The notes under the pieces are model-generated. The model did no database searches. It was not told the origin of the DNA and saw only the letters and a program-made list of their open reading frames with translations. From an uncultured Nitrososphaerales archaeon (GTDB taxonomy: Archaea > Thermoproteota > Nitrososphaeria > Nitrososphaerales > Nitrososphaeraceae): 25,058 nucleotides of DNA. Of the stretch, positions 10,487 to 20,289 are shown piece by piece (within the stretch, counting starts at the first letter, position 1; every line of letters starts with the position of its first letter). The stretch lies in assembly GCA_963709405.1 (NCBI GenBank), contig CAVPXM010000087.1:1-25058 (forward strand), given 5' to 3'. Position numbers and translations under genes: made by a program.

Positions 10487-11352
10487 CTATTTACTACCAA
10501 ATAACTGCTTCTTCATCATGTTATGATATTGTACGTCTGACATAGTCATTTTTGCTTCTGTCATCATTTCACCATATTTACCTACAATATATCTTTGATT
10601 ACGATTATCTAAGATGTCTGCATTAAGTATTACTTTTGCAACTTCTTTTGCAGGAATCTGATATTGTTCTTGAACTTGTCTATATTCTTCGAACAGTTTC
10701 TGCATCATTTGTTTATATGGTGAATCACGATTAGAGGCTCCTTTTTTCCAACCATCTTTACATTATTGTGAAAATCAGAAATTACTAGAGCAGGTTCTAT
10801 AAGTATGATTTTTATGCCAAATTGCTCTACTTCATAACTTAATGATTCAGATAATCCTTCAAGTGCGAACTTGGTGCTACAGTAGGCTGCGCTAAAGGGG
10901 TATCCTGCTATACCTCCTATAGAACTTACATTTATTATTCTACCGCTCTTTTGCCTCCTCATTATAGGTAATACTTGCTGCATAACTCTTACAACTCCAT
11001 ACAAATTAGTTTCAAACTGTGGTTTTAGCTCCTCTTCAATCGAAATATCTTCAATAGGTCCTATTAGTCCATAACCAGCATTATTTATAAGTAAGTCAAT
11101 CCTTCGTTTTTCAGATACTATTTCTTGTATTACATTTTTTGCTGATAAATCGTCATCGACATTAAGCTGAATGACCTTTAGAGGTAGTTCTTCTTTATTG
11201 GTTATTTCTTTAATCCTTGTAGATTTCTTAAGATCACGCATTGTAGCATAAATGCAAAACCCATTTCTTGCTAGTGTAAGGGCAGTCTCAAATCCTATCC
11301 CACTTGAGCTCCCAGTAATTATTGCGATTCTATTGGCATTGCTATCTACCAT
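10487..11352 (-). CDS. Short-chain dehydrogenase/reductase (classical SDR); frameshift in an A-run near 10745 as read
   Basis: TGSSSGIG, NNAGYG, NVSS, YCSTKFALEG (YxxxK), IEP. The two track ORFs join as ...VGK/KGASNRDSPYKQMMQKLF...RYIVG. Confidence 0.93.
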
Positions 11353-11436
11353 AGTTTCCCAACTAACCTTTATTTTATTATATTATATTACGTTATGTTA
11401 TAATCCACCAAAATCAGATCACGTCATGTTCAGGTA

Positions 11437-11712
11437 TTGTTAACGGCAGACAGATGTCATGATATTCAACCAAGTAACTATGAGCAATGCTACCTATCAC
11501 CAGATTATGGTGCCGATTGTAAGCAAGCAGAAACCTTTAGAAATATAATATTGGATGAGTCTGAGAAATTTTATAACAAGAAAGTTGAAGAATTTATAAA
11601 TAGAGTCATTAGTGAAGCAGCTGCATATGACAACAATCAACTACCACTAACACCTGATGAAAAGGAAGGCATCAAGGAATTATTACTGTTGAAATTTACA
11701 GAAGATGAATAA
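11437..11712 (+). CDS. Hypothetical acidic protein
   Basis: 91-aa ORF with protein-like composition and three Cys near the N-terminus. No family recognised and the start is uncertain. Confidence 0.4.
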   Translation: MLTADRCHDIQPSNYEQCYLSPDYGADCKQAETFRNIILDESEKFYNKKVEEFINRVISEAAAYDNNQLPLTPDEKEGIKELLLLKFTEDE

Positions 11713-11827
11713 TTACAATATGCTTATTAATCATCTACTATCTGAATTCAGAAGATAATAGACTTCCAGTTGATGCGTATAGAGAGGTTAATGTTACAAA
11801 GGAATAAGCTTCTAACACTGTCTATGA

Positions 11828-12142
11828 TTAGTTTCCATTTTCTACCCAAGCGGCTGAATCTGAACCTCTAGAACAATCCCACAGTGCTTGATCTGCGTCA
11901 CTACTCATACCAGGTTGAACACTACAAAAACCATCTACATATCCAGCAATAAAGTCATGTGTATGAAATGCAAAACCCTTACCTGGTTGAAGTATGTACC
12001 AGTCACGTGGATTATTACTACTTGCGTCACTTACTCCATGATTATACCCAGATTGATAACCTCCACCTTTAGCCATTGCAATAGTAGGGACAGCTATAAG
12101 GCTTATTCCTATGATCAGAGAAAAAGTAAGTTTATTTTTCAA
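11828..12142 (-). CDS. Small predicted secreted protein with GYxxGYxxG motifs
   Basis: Signal peptide MKNKLTFSLIIGISLIAVPTIAMA; mature part GYQSGYNHGVSDA...YILQPGKGFAFHTHDFIAGYVDGFC...C. Confidence 0.75.
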   Translation of the reverse strand: MKNKLTFSLIIGISLIAVPTIAMAKGGGYQSGYNHGVSDASSNNPRDWYILQPGKGFAFHTHDFIAGYVDGFCSVQPGMSSDADQALWDCSRGSDSAAWVENGN

Positions 12143-13115
12143 CTTATTTAGATATCCTGACCTTCCCCAATTGTTCTATAAGATTCATATATGTAAAGAT
12201 TTGAAACTTAATTTCTGAATAATTTTTCATCTGAGTTTCAATGTTACTAGGATGTTACTCATTTAGCAGCATACCAATAGTTTTGGATTCAAGATATCGT
12301 TATAAAATGTGTAGTTTCGAGATACTTCCAGATAATAATATATTAATTCTATAACTATCTATCTAGTTGAAGGTAAAAGCACTAATCATAATGACAATCT
12401 TGTTGGTATTGGCTGAGCTAAAAAGAGGACGAATTCATAAGATAAAACTATAAAATAAGGATATTATAGGAGGAGAACAGGAACAATTGTCATGCCTATT
12501 ATTCAAATGTCAACTACAATATACCAGTTCCTGATATGTTATGAGAAATTGCATCTCAAGTTTGCTGTTTTGATAATAATGTATTCCCAATATTCTTATT
12601 GCACTATTAACAACTAGACCAGCCCTTTATATCTTTGGTGCAGTATCAATCTTTAACATTAACATAAAGATGTGATTTCTAGTAGTTTTGCAAATACACT
12701 GCGATTGTTACCAATATAAGGACTTAGAGCGTTCCTTTAAATGCCACTTGAAATCATAGCAACAGGTCGGTTGGAATTATAAACCATAGGCAAACCTGGC
12801 CGTAATAGAATCAATCATCAATCGTCTTTTCATACTTTAAATTACGAATATCTGATGAGGCATCGGCGTGCGATTTTTATCCCTCTGAACAGTATGTCGG
12901 ATTCTGACCCAGTTGATTTATGTTCTCCCTCCAGTACGTACATTTTCAGCTGTGCGATGAATTCTTGCATCAGTCATGATAGCATCTTGACAGCAACGTT
13001 GTAGCAAGTTATTGGGCGTGCGAAATTAATTAATAATTAATAAAATTTTCATCTAAACAATCAGCAGTTTACGGTAGTTAAAATTCCACTTGAAGTCGAA
13101 GGTCGAAAAAGAAGA

Positions 13116-13940
13116 TTGCAGAAGGAAATTAATCGTATAGATAATTGGACTAATACAGCATCAGACAACGGATTATTTGACAACATACAATCAGGTGATG
13201 AGCGCTTTGAAGAGATTCAATCCAATCTCAAGAATGCTAGAGATTGCTTATATTCTGATGCGCATTCAGACACAGAGCGTTATACCTCACTAGCTTTAAG
13301 AGCATACGATAAGTCTCTCTATTCTTCATCTACAAAGTGGAGGTTTTCAAATATATACGCTGGTCCAATGTGGATCTACTTAGTAGGATTTCTTATATCT
13401 TCATTAATCTTTTATTGCATGCAGTTGGATGGGACTATCTTGAAGTTGCCGTCGCATATTGAGGCTACAGCACTTTATGCAACAACATGGGGTGCTGTTG
13501 CAGGAATATTGCGAGGGCTTTGGTATTTAAAAGATAAAGTTAGTGATAGAAAATATAGAAATTCATTTCAAATTTATTTTTTAAGTGTACCATTCCTTGG
13601 GGCTCTTTTCGGAGCACTGGTATATTTATTATTTGTGGCTGGCTTATTTATCCTTATACCTGGTCAGGTTCAAAATGTATTGCAAAACCAGACAACAACT
13701 GTTGTTAATAAGTCAACTGGAGGACCAGTCACCTTCACTGCTCAGCATACCACAGGGACAGGAGGATCTGTCAATAAAACAAATCAATCTAATGTTCCTA
13801 ATCAAGGAATCTCTACCGTAGGCATAATTTTCTTTTCTGCTCTAGGGGGATTTAATTGGGAATGGGCAGTGACAATCATCAAGAGAATAGGAGACTCATT
13901 TAAGGGAGAGGCAGAGCCAGATGAGAAAGTAGACCGATAA
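13116..13940 (+). CDS. Hypothetical integral membrane protein (4 predicted TM helices)
   Basis: 274 aa with hydrophobic segments MWIYLVGFLISSLIFY, WGAVAGILRGLWYL, FLSVPFLGALFGALVYLLFVAGLFILI and GIIFFSALGGFNWEWAV. The frame is open upstream to ~13044 with no start codon. Confidence 0.8.
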   Translation: MQKEINRIDNWTNTASDNGLFDNIQSGDERFEEIQSNLKNARDCLYSDAHSDTERYTSLALRAYDKSLYSSSTKWRFSNIYAGPMWIYLVGFLISSLIFYCMQLDGTILKLPSHIEATALYATTWGAVAGILRGLWYLKDKVSDRKYRNSFQIYFLSVPFLGALFGALVYLLFVAGLFILIPGQVQNVLQNQTTTVVNKSTGGPVTFTAQHTTGTGGSVNKTNQSNVPNQGISTVGIIFFSALGGFNWEWAVTIIKRIGDSFKGEAEPDEKVDR

Positions 13941-14110
13941 GTACATATGGAAATCCATTAGTTTCAGTCGTCGATCGGATCATGAAAGAATCAGACAGAT
14001 ATTCTGACCTTTTATTAATAGTATATCACTAATATATGCAAAAAGAACAGAACCTCCATTGCGCTAGCCGTAGCTAGGGTTAGCTACCCGAGTAGGGTTA
14101 GATATCAGTG

Positions 14111-14290
14111 TTAAAAGCCGCAATAGTTATCGAAATTCCCTCCATTCATGTATGTATTTCTTGCATTTCAATACCCTTGATTATATGCATCTGATCTAGC
14201 TGATGAGATGTTACCTTGAAAGTGAGCCGCTAATGCAAGAGTCATAACTATACTAAGCTAATTCTTGCTAATTCTTTCAATTCTTTCAAT
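14111..14290 (-). pseudogene. Remnant of a third small secreted YxxGY-motif protein
   Basis: LSIVMTLALAAHFQGNISSARSDAYNQGY*NARNTYMNGGNFDNYCGF* with an internal TGA at 14168-14170. The start region is scrambled by short tandem duplications (AATTCTTTC). Confidence 0.4.
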
Positions 14291-14454
14291 TCATCTCCTC
14301 AGATCACTTAGTGTAATCAGGATTTTCAGAATTCGATTCACTATTTGATGACTGCTCTTGGGTCTGGATGGGAGCTATACTACACTACTGTTTGGATAGG
14401 TTCTTAATGAAAAAACGAGTAAGATGAAAGAATGGGAGTATTTTGTTCATATTA

Positions 14455-15237
14455 CTATTTAATTTTCAGGGTTTTTGCTGTAGCGTCGATGGCTGGAATA
14501 TACTTGCTAATATCAGGTTTCTGCGTAGTAGAAGGGGTGGCTGAAGAGAACAGAGGACTGCTAACTACTAGCATCAGTCGATAAGTTCTATCTGGCGTCT
14601 TGTATTCATATACCTTAGTTTGTCCTATGCCATTAATATTGAAATTTTTAGGTGGCGTAGTGATAGCACTATTATTGCCAAGACTAGAACTTGCTCCACT
14701 CTGGTTATTGATAGACGCTCCGGAAAATAGTTTGGAGAACGGACATTCTATTGTATATACATGAAATGTCTTGCCATTTACCACGGAAGTCGAGTTTGCA
14801 GCCAATTCTTTGCAGTTTTTGGAAATGGAAAAGGTAGGAAAGCTTAGCTTATTAATCACCGAATTGTTAAGCGATTGTACCAATATAACTGGACTTATGA
14901 CTGGATTTTCTCTGTTTAACAAATTACGTAAATATTGACTTTCGTTGCCAGGATGCATGTTTATAAGAAGTCCAAATTCGGTCTCAATTGCACGACCATG
15001 CCATCCTCCAGGAAAGGCTATGTCATTAATACCAAAGGTCGGATTACTATAATGTCCGCTGATATCCTTTCTTAACGATTGCAAAAATTTAGGAATCATA
15101 GTTTTGATATCAATGTTATTCTTATTGCTGCTGGAATTATTTTGTGCGTAGATATGATGATTAGTTATTAACAATGATGGCGCCGAGACCAGCAACGTCA
15201 ATATGATACCGATCGGTAAGATTCTTTGATGATCCAT
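14455..15237 (-). CDS. Predicted secreted/surface protein, possibly PsbP-like fold
   Basis: Signal peptide ending ...HHIYAQ, Asn/Ser-rich linkers, YSNPTFGI..FPGGW, one Cys pair, and C-terminal YIPAIDATAKTLKIK. TTATATATAT lies 24-33 nt upstream. Confidence 0.75.
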   Translation of the reverse strand: MDHQRILPIGIILTLLVSAPSLLITNHHIYAQNNSSSNKNNIDIKTMIPKFLQSLRKDISGHYSNPTFGINDIAFPGGWHGRAIETEFGLLINMHPGNESQYLRNLLNRENPVISPVILVQSLNNSVINKLSFPTFSISKNCKELAANSTSVVNGKTFHVYTIECPFSKLFSGASINNQSGASSSLGNNSAITTPPKNFNINGIGQTKVYEYKTPDRTYRLMLVVSSPLFSSATPSTTQKPDISKYIPAIDATAKTLKIK

Positions 15238-16227
15238 TATTGCCTCTTCGTGGAACTAACTTATATATATGTAACTTCTTTGAGAATACCAACTTATGTT
15301 TCTGAGTTGACTGCCTCCAAATAAGCAACAAATTGATTCTTTTCTGCTTCTTCTAATACCTTCTATTAAGAATGTTTTACCATTTGGGTCGACCACCCAC
15401 GTCTACCTCCTTTAAGGACTGTTTTCATTATCTCTGGACTCACGCAGGTTGACATTATACATCGAATATCATTAATCATAATAATTCTAATACAAATATC
15501 ATTGATAGCCACATTGGAGTCACTCATAACGCTTATGGGAATATTTTATGCAGTTTTGAGTGGAATGATAGCATTTTAGAACATTATTTACAATTTATCT
15601 ACTCTCTCTTTCTCACTTATGTCACGTTCGTGATACAAAACGGCCAAATTTTAAATTAAACCTAATTCAGCTACCGAAAATCTAAGGGTGGATATTATCA
15701 GTCCTGCAATAGGAATGTAAATCAATTGACGACTAGTGCCAATACTTTCTACAAATCTAGAATCACCGGTCATTTTATTTAATTCCACAATTTTCTTGAA
15801 CTTTCATTAAGAGTGTGATAAGGGGCAACATTACCAGCTACTATGTCGGTATCTATAAAGAGTATCGCTTTATCATGATAAATTATGTAGCAATGTAACG
15901 GTGTAATAGATATAAAGGATTGTGGTGTATAAAGGATAACGTTTTGCCTATCCTTCAGACTCTCGTATTCTAAATAAGTTATACCCTTCGGCTTGTGACA
16001 ATATCTCAACTCATTTTTCATCAGCCTATTATATTTTGTGCTATCAGTGAGTAGTACTAAAAATAAGTTGAATATTTATCAGGTTCGTGACTTGAATGTC
16101 CAGGGATATCGACAGATAGTTGACACCATAATCAGCCAAATATTGAAAGCAGCAATATTCAGTTATTTACAAAGTCAGATTCTATTTTGACATACAACAG
16201 AGTAAGCGATCGAATTTTTTCTGTAAT

Positions 16228-16800
16228 TCAAATGGGACTAAAACTCCTAAACCTCCTATTATATATCCAAATGGGAGCTAATAATGCTCTGATGCTAGGC
16301 CTTATGCCATTCCAACGTTGAATGATTTTAACTTCTTCGTTTACTTTCGAGTTAATTGAACGTGGCACTCGTAACATGCAATTCTTAAACGATAGTCCTT
16401 GAGTATGACAGGGGTTTGCCTTGTTATCAGATAAATGTCTTTCAGACCATTGCAGAAACTTTCGCGAAGGTTGTTTAAAATCGCCAAATAACTCTTCCAA
16501 TTCGAAAATGAATGCTATGACTGGTAGGTATATGTGATATCCATTTCCTGACGATAATATAGTAGGATGAACATTATAACCATCAAATTTAGCACAAATA
16601 TTACCCACAAACTGTGATAAATCAATGACTTTGACGTCCAAATCTATGAATAGAAAGTTAGGTGCTTGTCTGTTCATTCCCTTCCATTCGACATAATTAG
16701 GATATGCATTAATTCTGCAATCTAGACCATTAGCCTGTTTAAACCTCGCAGATGCTTCCATTCTACTAAAAACTACGATTTGTCTGCCTTCTGTTGTCTT
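16228..16800 (-). pseudogene. Archaeo-eukaryotic primase (AEP) catalytic domain, truncated at both ends
   Basis: KTTEGRQIVVFSRMEASARFKQANGLDCRINAYP...LFIDLD (motif I)...SGNGYHIY (motif II)...MLRVPRSINSK...IIQRWNGIRP. It resembles Nitrososphaeraceae mobile-element primases, whose C-terminal PriX-like domain is absent here. Confidence 0.8.
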
Positions 16801-17132
16801 TACACGATCAATTTCCGCATTGATAGTGGATATCTTCTGCTGCCCCTAGTCTTCTCATATCTAGTTCTTTTATCTGCATCTTGTTTCTTTTCATTCTCTA
16901 CACGTTCGCGCCATGCCTTCGAAAGAAATATCATAATCTTCGTGATAGTTTTACCATCGAAATAACCTGACTTGATTAGTGCAGGTTTTAGTTCATTGTA
17001 TAATGTTTGTTTCATATGTCGAGAATAATATTTACTTTCGATAGTCGGTAAGTCTGCCGAAATAAAATAGACTATCAAGCCATTAGAAATATTATGTTCA
17101 TTACCACTTGATTGCTTTAAACATACCCTAGA

Positions 17133-18176
17133 TGTTGTACTTACACAGATAGGTTACATTTTCGATTACCTACATGGGTTACACTTTGCTGCCTTGTTCT
17201 TGTACGTATGGTGGATGTAATTAATCTTTGTAGAAACATCTCTGATGGAGTAAGACCATTTATTCCTCCATGTTCTCTGGTTTCGTTATATGCTTTAACA
17301 AACATACTATCATATCTTATTTTACCATCATCTGTGTTTGGTATATCCTCAACTGCTAGGAACTCATTCTTTACTATCTTGTTATATGCTTCTATCTTCC
17401 CTTGTAACTGTGGATAAGAATTTGGTATTCGTTTATCCTTTATCTGATTGTGTACGAGGAAATGTCTGAATATTTTGGATGTAAACTGTTTACCGTTATC
17501 ATGCATTATCTTCTTAGGCTTACCATTAAGGATTATCCATTCTTCCAGTACGTTAAGAACATCCACTGACCTCTTCCTTTCAGACCATCTGCTATCTACT
17601 ATTCTTGAACAATCGTCCAGACAGCTAATGATGTAATAATTCCTTTGACTGCAATTACGAATATAAAACGGTCCAAGAATATCCATCTGTACCATATCGT
17701 TAGGTCGTTTCATTGCAAACCTTTTGTATTTTTGATTATTCCTTGTCTTACAGTTTAGAACATTTAGACCATGTCTCTTCAGTATCTTGTATATGGTTCG
17801 AGTGCTTAATGAGATTCCAATAATCTTTCTCAATCTAAACTTGATCCTTTTACATCCAAATCTCTTGGTTAATCGTAGATCAAGTATTGTCTCCTGTATT
17901 TCAGATGTTATCTTCTTGTACTTGATATTATGAGGTCTTCTTGAGTTATCGGATAGACCTTCTATCCCTTTCTGTTTGTATCTCTTATTCCACTTATATA
18001 CGTCTTTCTGGATACACCATATCTTTTACAAATAATGCTTATGGTATCACCAGTCCATTCTTTTTCATGTATTAGATTAAACCTTGTTTTGATTTCTATA
18101 TGGATACACTTCCTGACAGCAGAAGTGTAACCCATGTCGGTAAGCTATAATGTCACCTATGTTAGGAAGTACAACA
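17133..18176 (-). mobile_element. IS481-family insertion sequence, 1044 bp
   Basis: TGT...ACA ends. The first 28 bp of the two ends match at 23/28 (TGTTGTACTT identical) and similarity extends to ~60 bp. A 6-bp duplication CCTAGA lies at 17127-17132 and 18177-18182. Confidence 0.95.
17141..18109 (-). pseudogene. IS481-family DDE transposase (rve integrase core); frameshifts near 18100 and 17996 as read
   Basis: HTH ICKRYGVSRKTY/YKWNKRYKQKGIEGLSDNSRRPH, then VQMDILGP (D), CLDDCSR, MHDNGKQF (D), PQLQGKIEAYNK (E), YNETREHGGINGLTP. Confidence 0.92.
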
Positions 18177-18243
18177 CCTAGAAATACCTAATGTGGTCAT
18201 TTCCTGTTTAATATCATCGTTCATCGGAAACTCCACTTCAGTA

Positions 18244-18384
18244 TCAGTAGACGTCATTATGCCAAAAACCCCATTGCTCAGCGCAAGGAAAATAGTAAGA
18301 GCAGCAATATGGTGAGTGAAAAGGAAATCTTCCTAGCATATATTCTCCCACTCTAATCTGCAAGGTGTTATTTGGAATTGTCAA
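18244..18384 (-). CDS. 46-aa Cys/aromatic-rich small ORF (below the ORF-track cutoff)
   Basis: TTG start overlaps the upstream TGA (TTGA), GGAGG lies shortly upstream, and the stop overlaps the next gene by 14 nt: MTIPNNTLQIRVGEYMLGRFPFHSPYCCSYYFPCAEQWGFWHNDVY. Confidence 0.45.
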   Translation of the reverse strand: MTIPNNTLQIRVGEYMLGRFPFHSPYCCSYYFPCAEQWGFWHNDVY

Positions 18385-18572
18385 TTAGCAATGCCTCCTT
18401 TCAGCAGTATCTTTTTCAGTTGGATGAACTCTTCCTTAAGATCGGCTCTCAGATGCGCAATGGCTTTTTGAGTGCTATTGTTCTCTTGGGAGAGACTATC
18501 GATTTGATCTTTTATTCTATCAATGTCAAAAGGTTTATCCGATAGATCGTGATTAAACTTTCTAATGGTCAT
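18381..18572 (-). CDS. Small coiled-coil hypothetical protein
   Basis: 63 aa with heptad-like IKDQIDSLSQEN...IAHLRADLKEEFIQLKKIL. It overlaps the upstream gene by 11 nt. Confidence 0.65.
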   Translation of the reverse strand: MTIRKFNHDLSDKPFDIDRIKDQIDSLSQENNSTQKAIAHLRADLKEEFIQLKKILLKGGIAN

Positions 18573-18885
18573 CTAGATTGATCTCCCTGGTGACTGTCGT
18601 ATGCGTGCCTTTGGTTGGGATTATGGATTGGCCTCCCTTCTCAACCTGTTTTTTAGTCACATTATGCCTTGGATCCAAACATTCGACAATATATTTTCCA
18701 AGAACTGAATCGACCAACCAACCCTGACATTCCGGATCAACACATTCGGTTATTCTTCCTAACACTATTCTATTATTATCTATGGACTCTTGATTAGTGC
18801 TGTTTGAAATGTTTCTTGATTCATTCTTTACTGCACGGTTTATCCTATTTGGAATCAAGATGTAGTTATCTGATTGTGGCTCCAT
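18562..18885 (-). CDS. Hypothetical protein with possible Cys/His metal site
   Basis: 107 aa with ECVDPECQGW...ECLDPRH. TAATG overlap with the upstream gene and an SD-like GGTGGTGA precede the start. Confidence 0.65.
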   Translation of the reverse strand: MEPQSDNYILIPNRINRAVKNESRNISNSTNQESIDNNRIVLGRITECVDPECQGWLVDSVLGKYIVECLDPRHNVTKKQVEKGGQSIIPTKGTHTTVTREINLDDH

Positions 18886-19076
18886 TAGTCAGTGTCACCA
18901 CCATCATTGTCAGTTCGATGATTTAGTTTCCTTTTTTTAGAAAATACCACGGTTGAGCGGCATCTTGGACAAGAGGCATAAAATTTACTCTTTCCAGAAT
19001 AGGCCCATTCATATCCACAATTACACCTTACTATAATACCAATCCTCTCTGGGATTACGATGTGTTTTAACATCAT
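18885..19076 (-). CDS. Small zinc-finger protein of archaeal virus/plasmid type
   Basis: CNCGYEWAYSGKSKFYASCPRC followed by a basic stretch. It is the first gene of the coupled operon. Confidence 0.75.
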   Translation of the reverse strand: MMLKHIVIPERIGIIVRCNCGYEWAYSGKSKFYASCPRCRSTVVFSKKRKLNHRTDNDGGDTD

Positions 19077-19110
19077 TTACTTTTTATTTGACTGTCAGTA
19101 TTAGTAACCT

Positions 19111-20242
19111 ATGTTTCCCCAGAATATTGATAATTCTGATAATTCTCCTCATAATTCTCCCTTTAATGATAATAACATACTAGACAAATGCCCAGAATGT
19201 GGCAACCAAGATATTCATATTCGCAGAATTAAAAGAAAACAAAGGAAATCATATAGAAAAGTAAAACGCTTTGTGGGAATGGAGGATTATGAAGAAACTA
19301 TACCTGTAGAAGATAGGATAAACCCATTGAAAGCACATCACATGACTATTTCTAGCGAACTTAATAGAGAATCACCGATTGTAAATCCAGTAATCGGGCT
19401 TCCCAAAAATTTACACAAATTTGAAAGAAATGATGTGGGTAACGCCATAAGGGAGAGTATAAATGATCTTAAAGAAGACATACGATTTCATGACCTACCA
19501 CTTGAAATGTTATCACAAATTCTTACAAATCCTGCTTTAAAGATAACTATCGATCCAAAGTCCATTAAGGATATCATGATAGGGTTTAAGGTCCTAGAGA
19601 TGGTTAGAAAAACTGCGGTAAATGGTCAATGGGACAGAAATTTAATTGATTGGATACCAATATGTAATACAGCGGTAACAAACAGTCTTTATGCTGCCTA
19701 ATAGACAATATTATTCCGTTACACAAGATGGGAAGAAACTATATCTTTCATCAAAACAGATCCTGAAAAACATACCGCTAGTATGCTTATTTATTCCGTT
19801 ATACGGCTTATTTGCAAGTCGTTATATTCAATTTGCATCCGAAATATATGAGATTGCCGAAAAAGATTCAGTATTAAAAGAGGAGGTGAAAAAAATAGAA
19901 TTAAAGTATATGCGTGAACGTATATCATATCTAATACAAAATTGGAAGAATTGGTTCACAGAAATTCAGCCCGAATGCAAAGGGATATTCAAAAATGGGG
20001 ATAATATTAGCAATAACTATGTTGATGATGATATTATTCATCGTGAATATTTTGAAATCAGGCATCGTGATAGACAGTTATATGAGGATCAGAAACTCAA
20101 ATGGGAAAGAGGCGAGAGAAAGGCCAAACCTGACGGATGGAAGTATTGTTGCACTTTGAAAGCAGACAATTTGCCTACGAACACAATAAAATACTTACGT
20201 AAATTTAAGTCACATAAAATTAATAGTATCAAAGATAAGTAG
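19111..20242 (+). CDS. Hypothetical protein with N-terminal CPECG zinc-ribbon half; probably one gene split by a frameshift near 19697
   Basis: Track ORFs 19111..19701 and 19691..20242 overlap by 11 nt and join plausibly as ...NSLYAA/NRQYYSVTQDGKK.... CPECGN plus a basic tract are at the N-terminus and EIRH...WKYC is near the C-terminus. Two coupled genes cannot be excluded. Confidence 0.6.
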
Positions 20243-20289
20243 TCATAAATTGTGGATATTTTTCCTTAATTCGTTATGGTTGTTTTATT

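Larger units (their letters stand above)
16800..18257 (-). pseudogene. Hypothetical element gene interrupted by IS481
   Basis: Removing 17133-18176 and one CCTAGA copy restores a continuous 135-aa frame MTSTDTEVEFPMNDDIKQEMTTLGI-SR-VCLKQSSGNEHNISNGLIVYFISADL... that includes track ORF 16800..17078. Confidence 0.8.

Noticed and set aside
12842-12970. 42-aa minus-strand ORF containing EFI...ILFRG, reminiscent of an FRG domain start
   Set aside because: Too short and no further FRG motifs follow.
12852-13045. CTGATGAG followed by GCA...TGC and a distant CGAAA, suggesting a hammerhead ribozyme
   Set aside because: The proximal stem is followed by GATT rather than GAAA, and stems I and III cannot be formed convincingly with the distal GAAA.
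15779-16021. 80-aa ORF downstream of the primase, considered as the missing PriX-like domain
   Set aside because: I see no resemblance to that domain or to any other family.
16229-16281. Direct repeat CAAATGGGACTAA / CAAATGGGAGCTAA at the primase truncation, considered as a mini-CRISPR or iteron array
   Set aside because: Only two short imperfect copies, more likely a local rearrangement scar.
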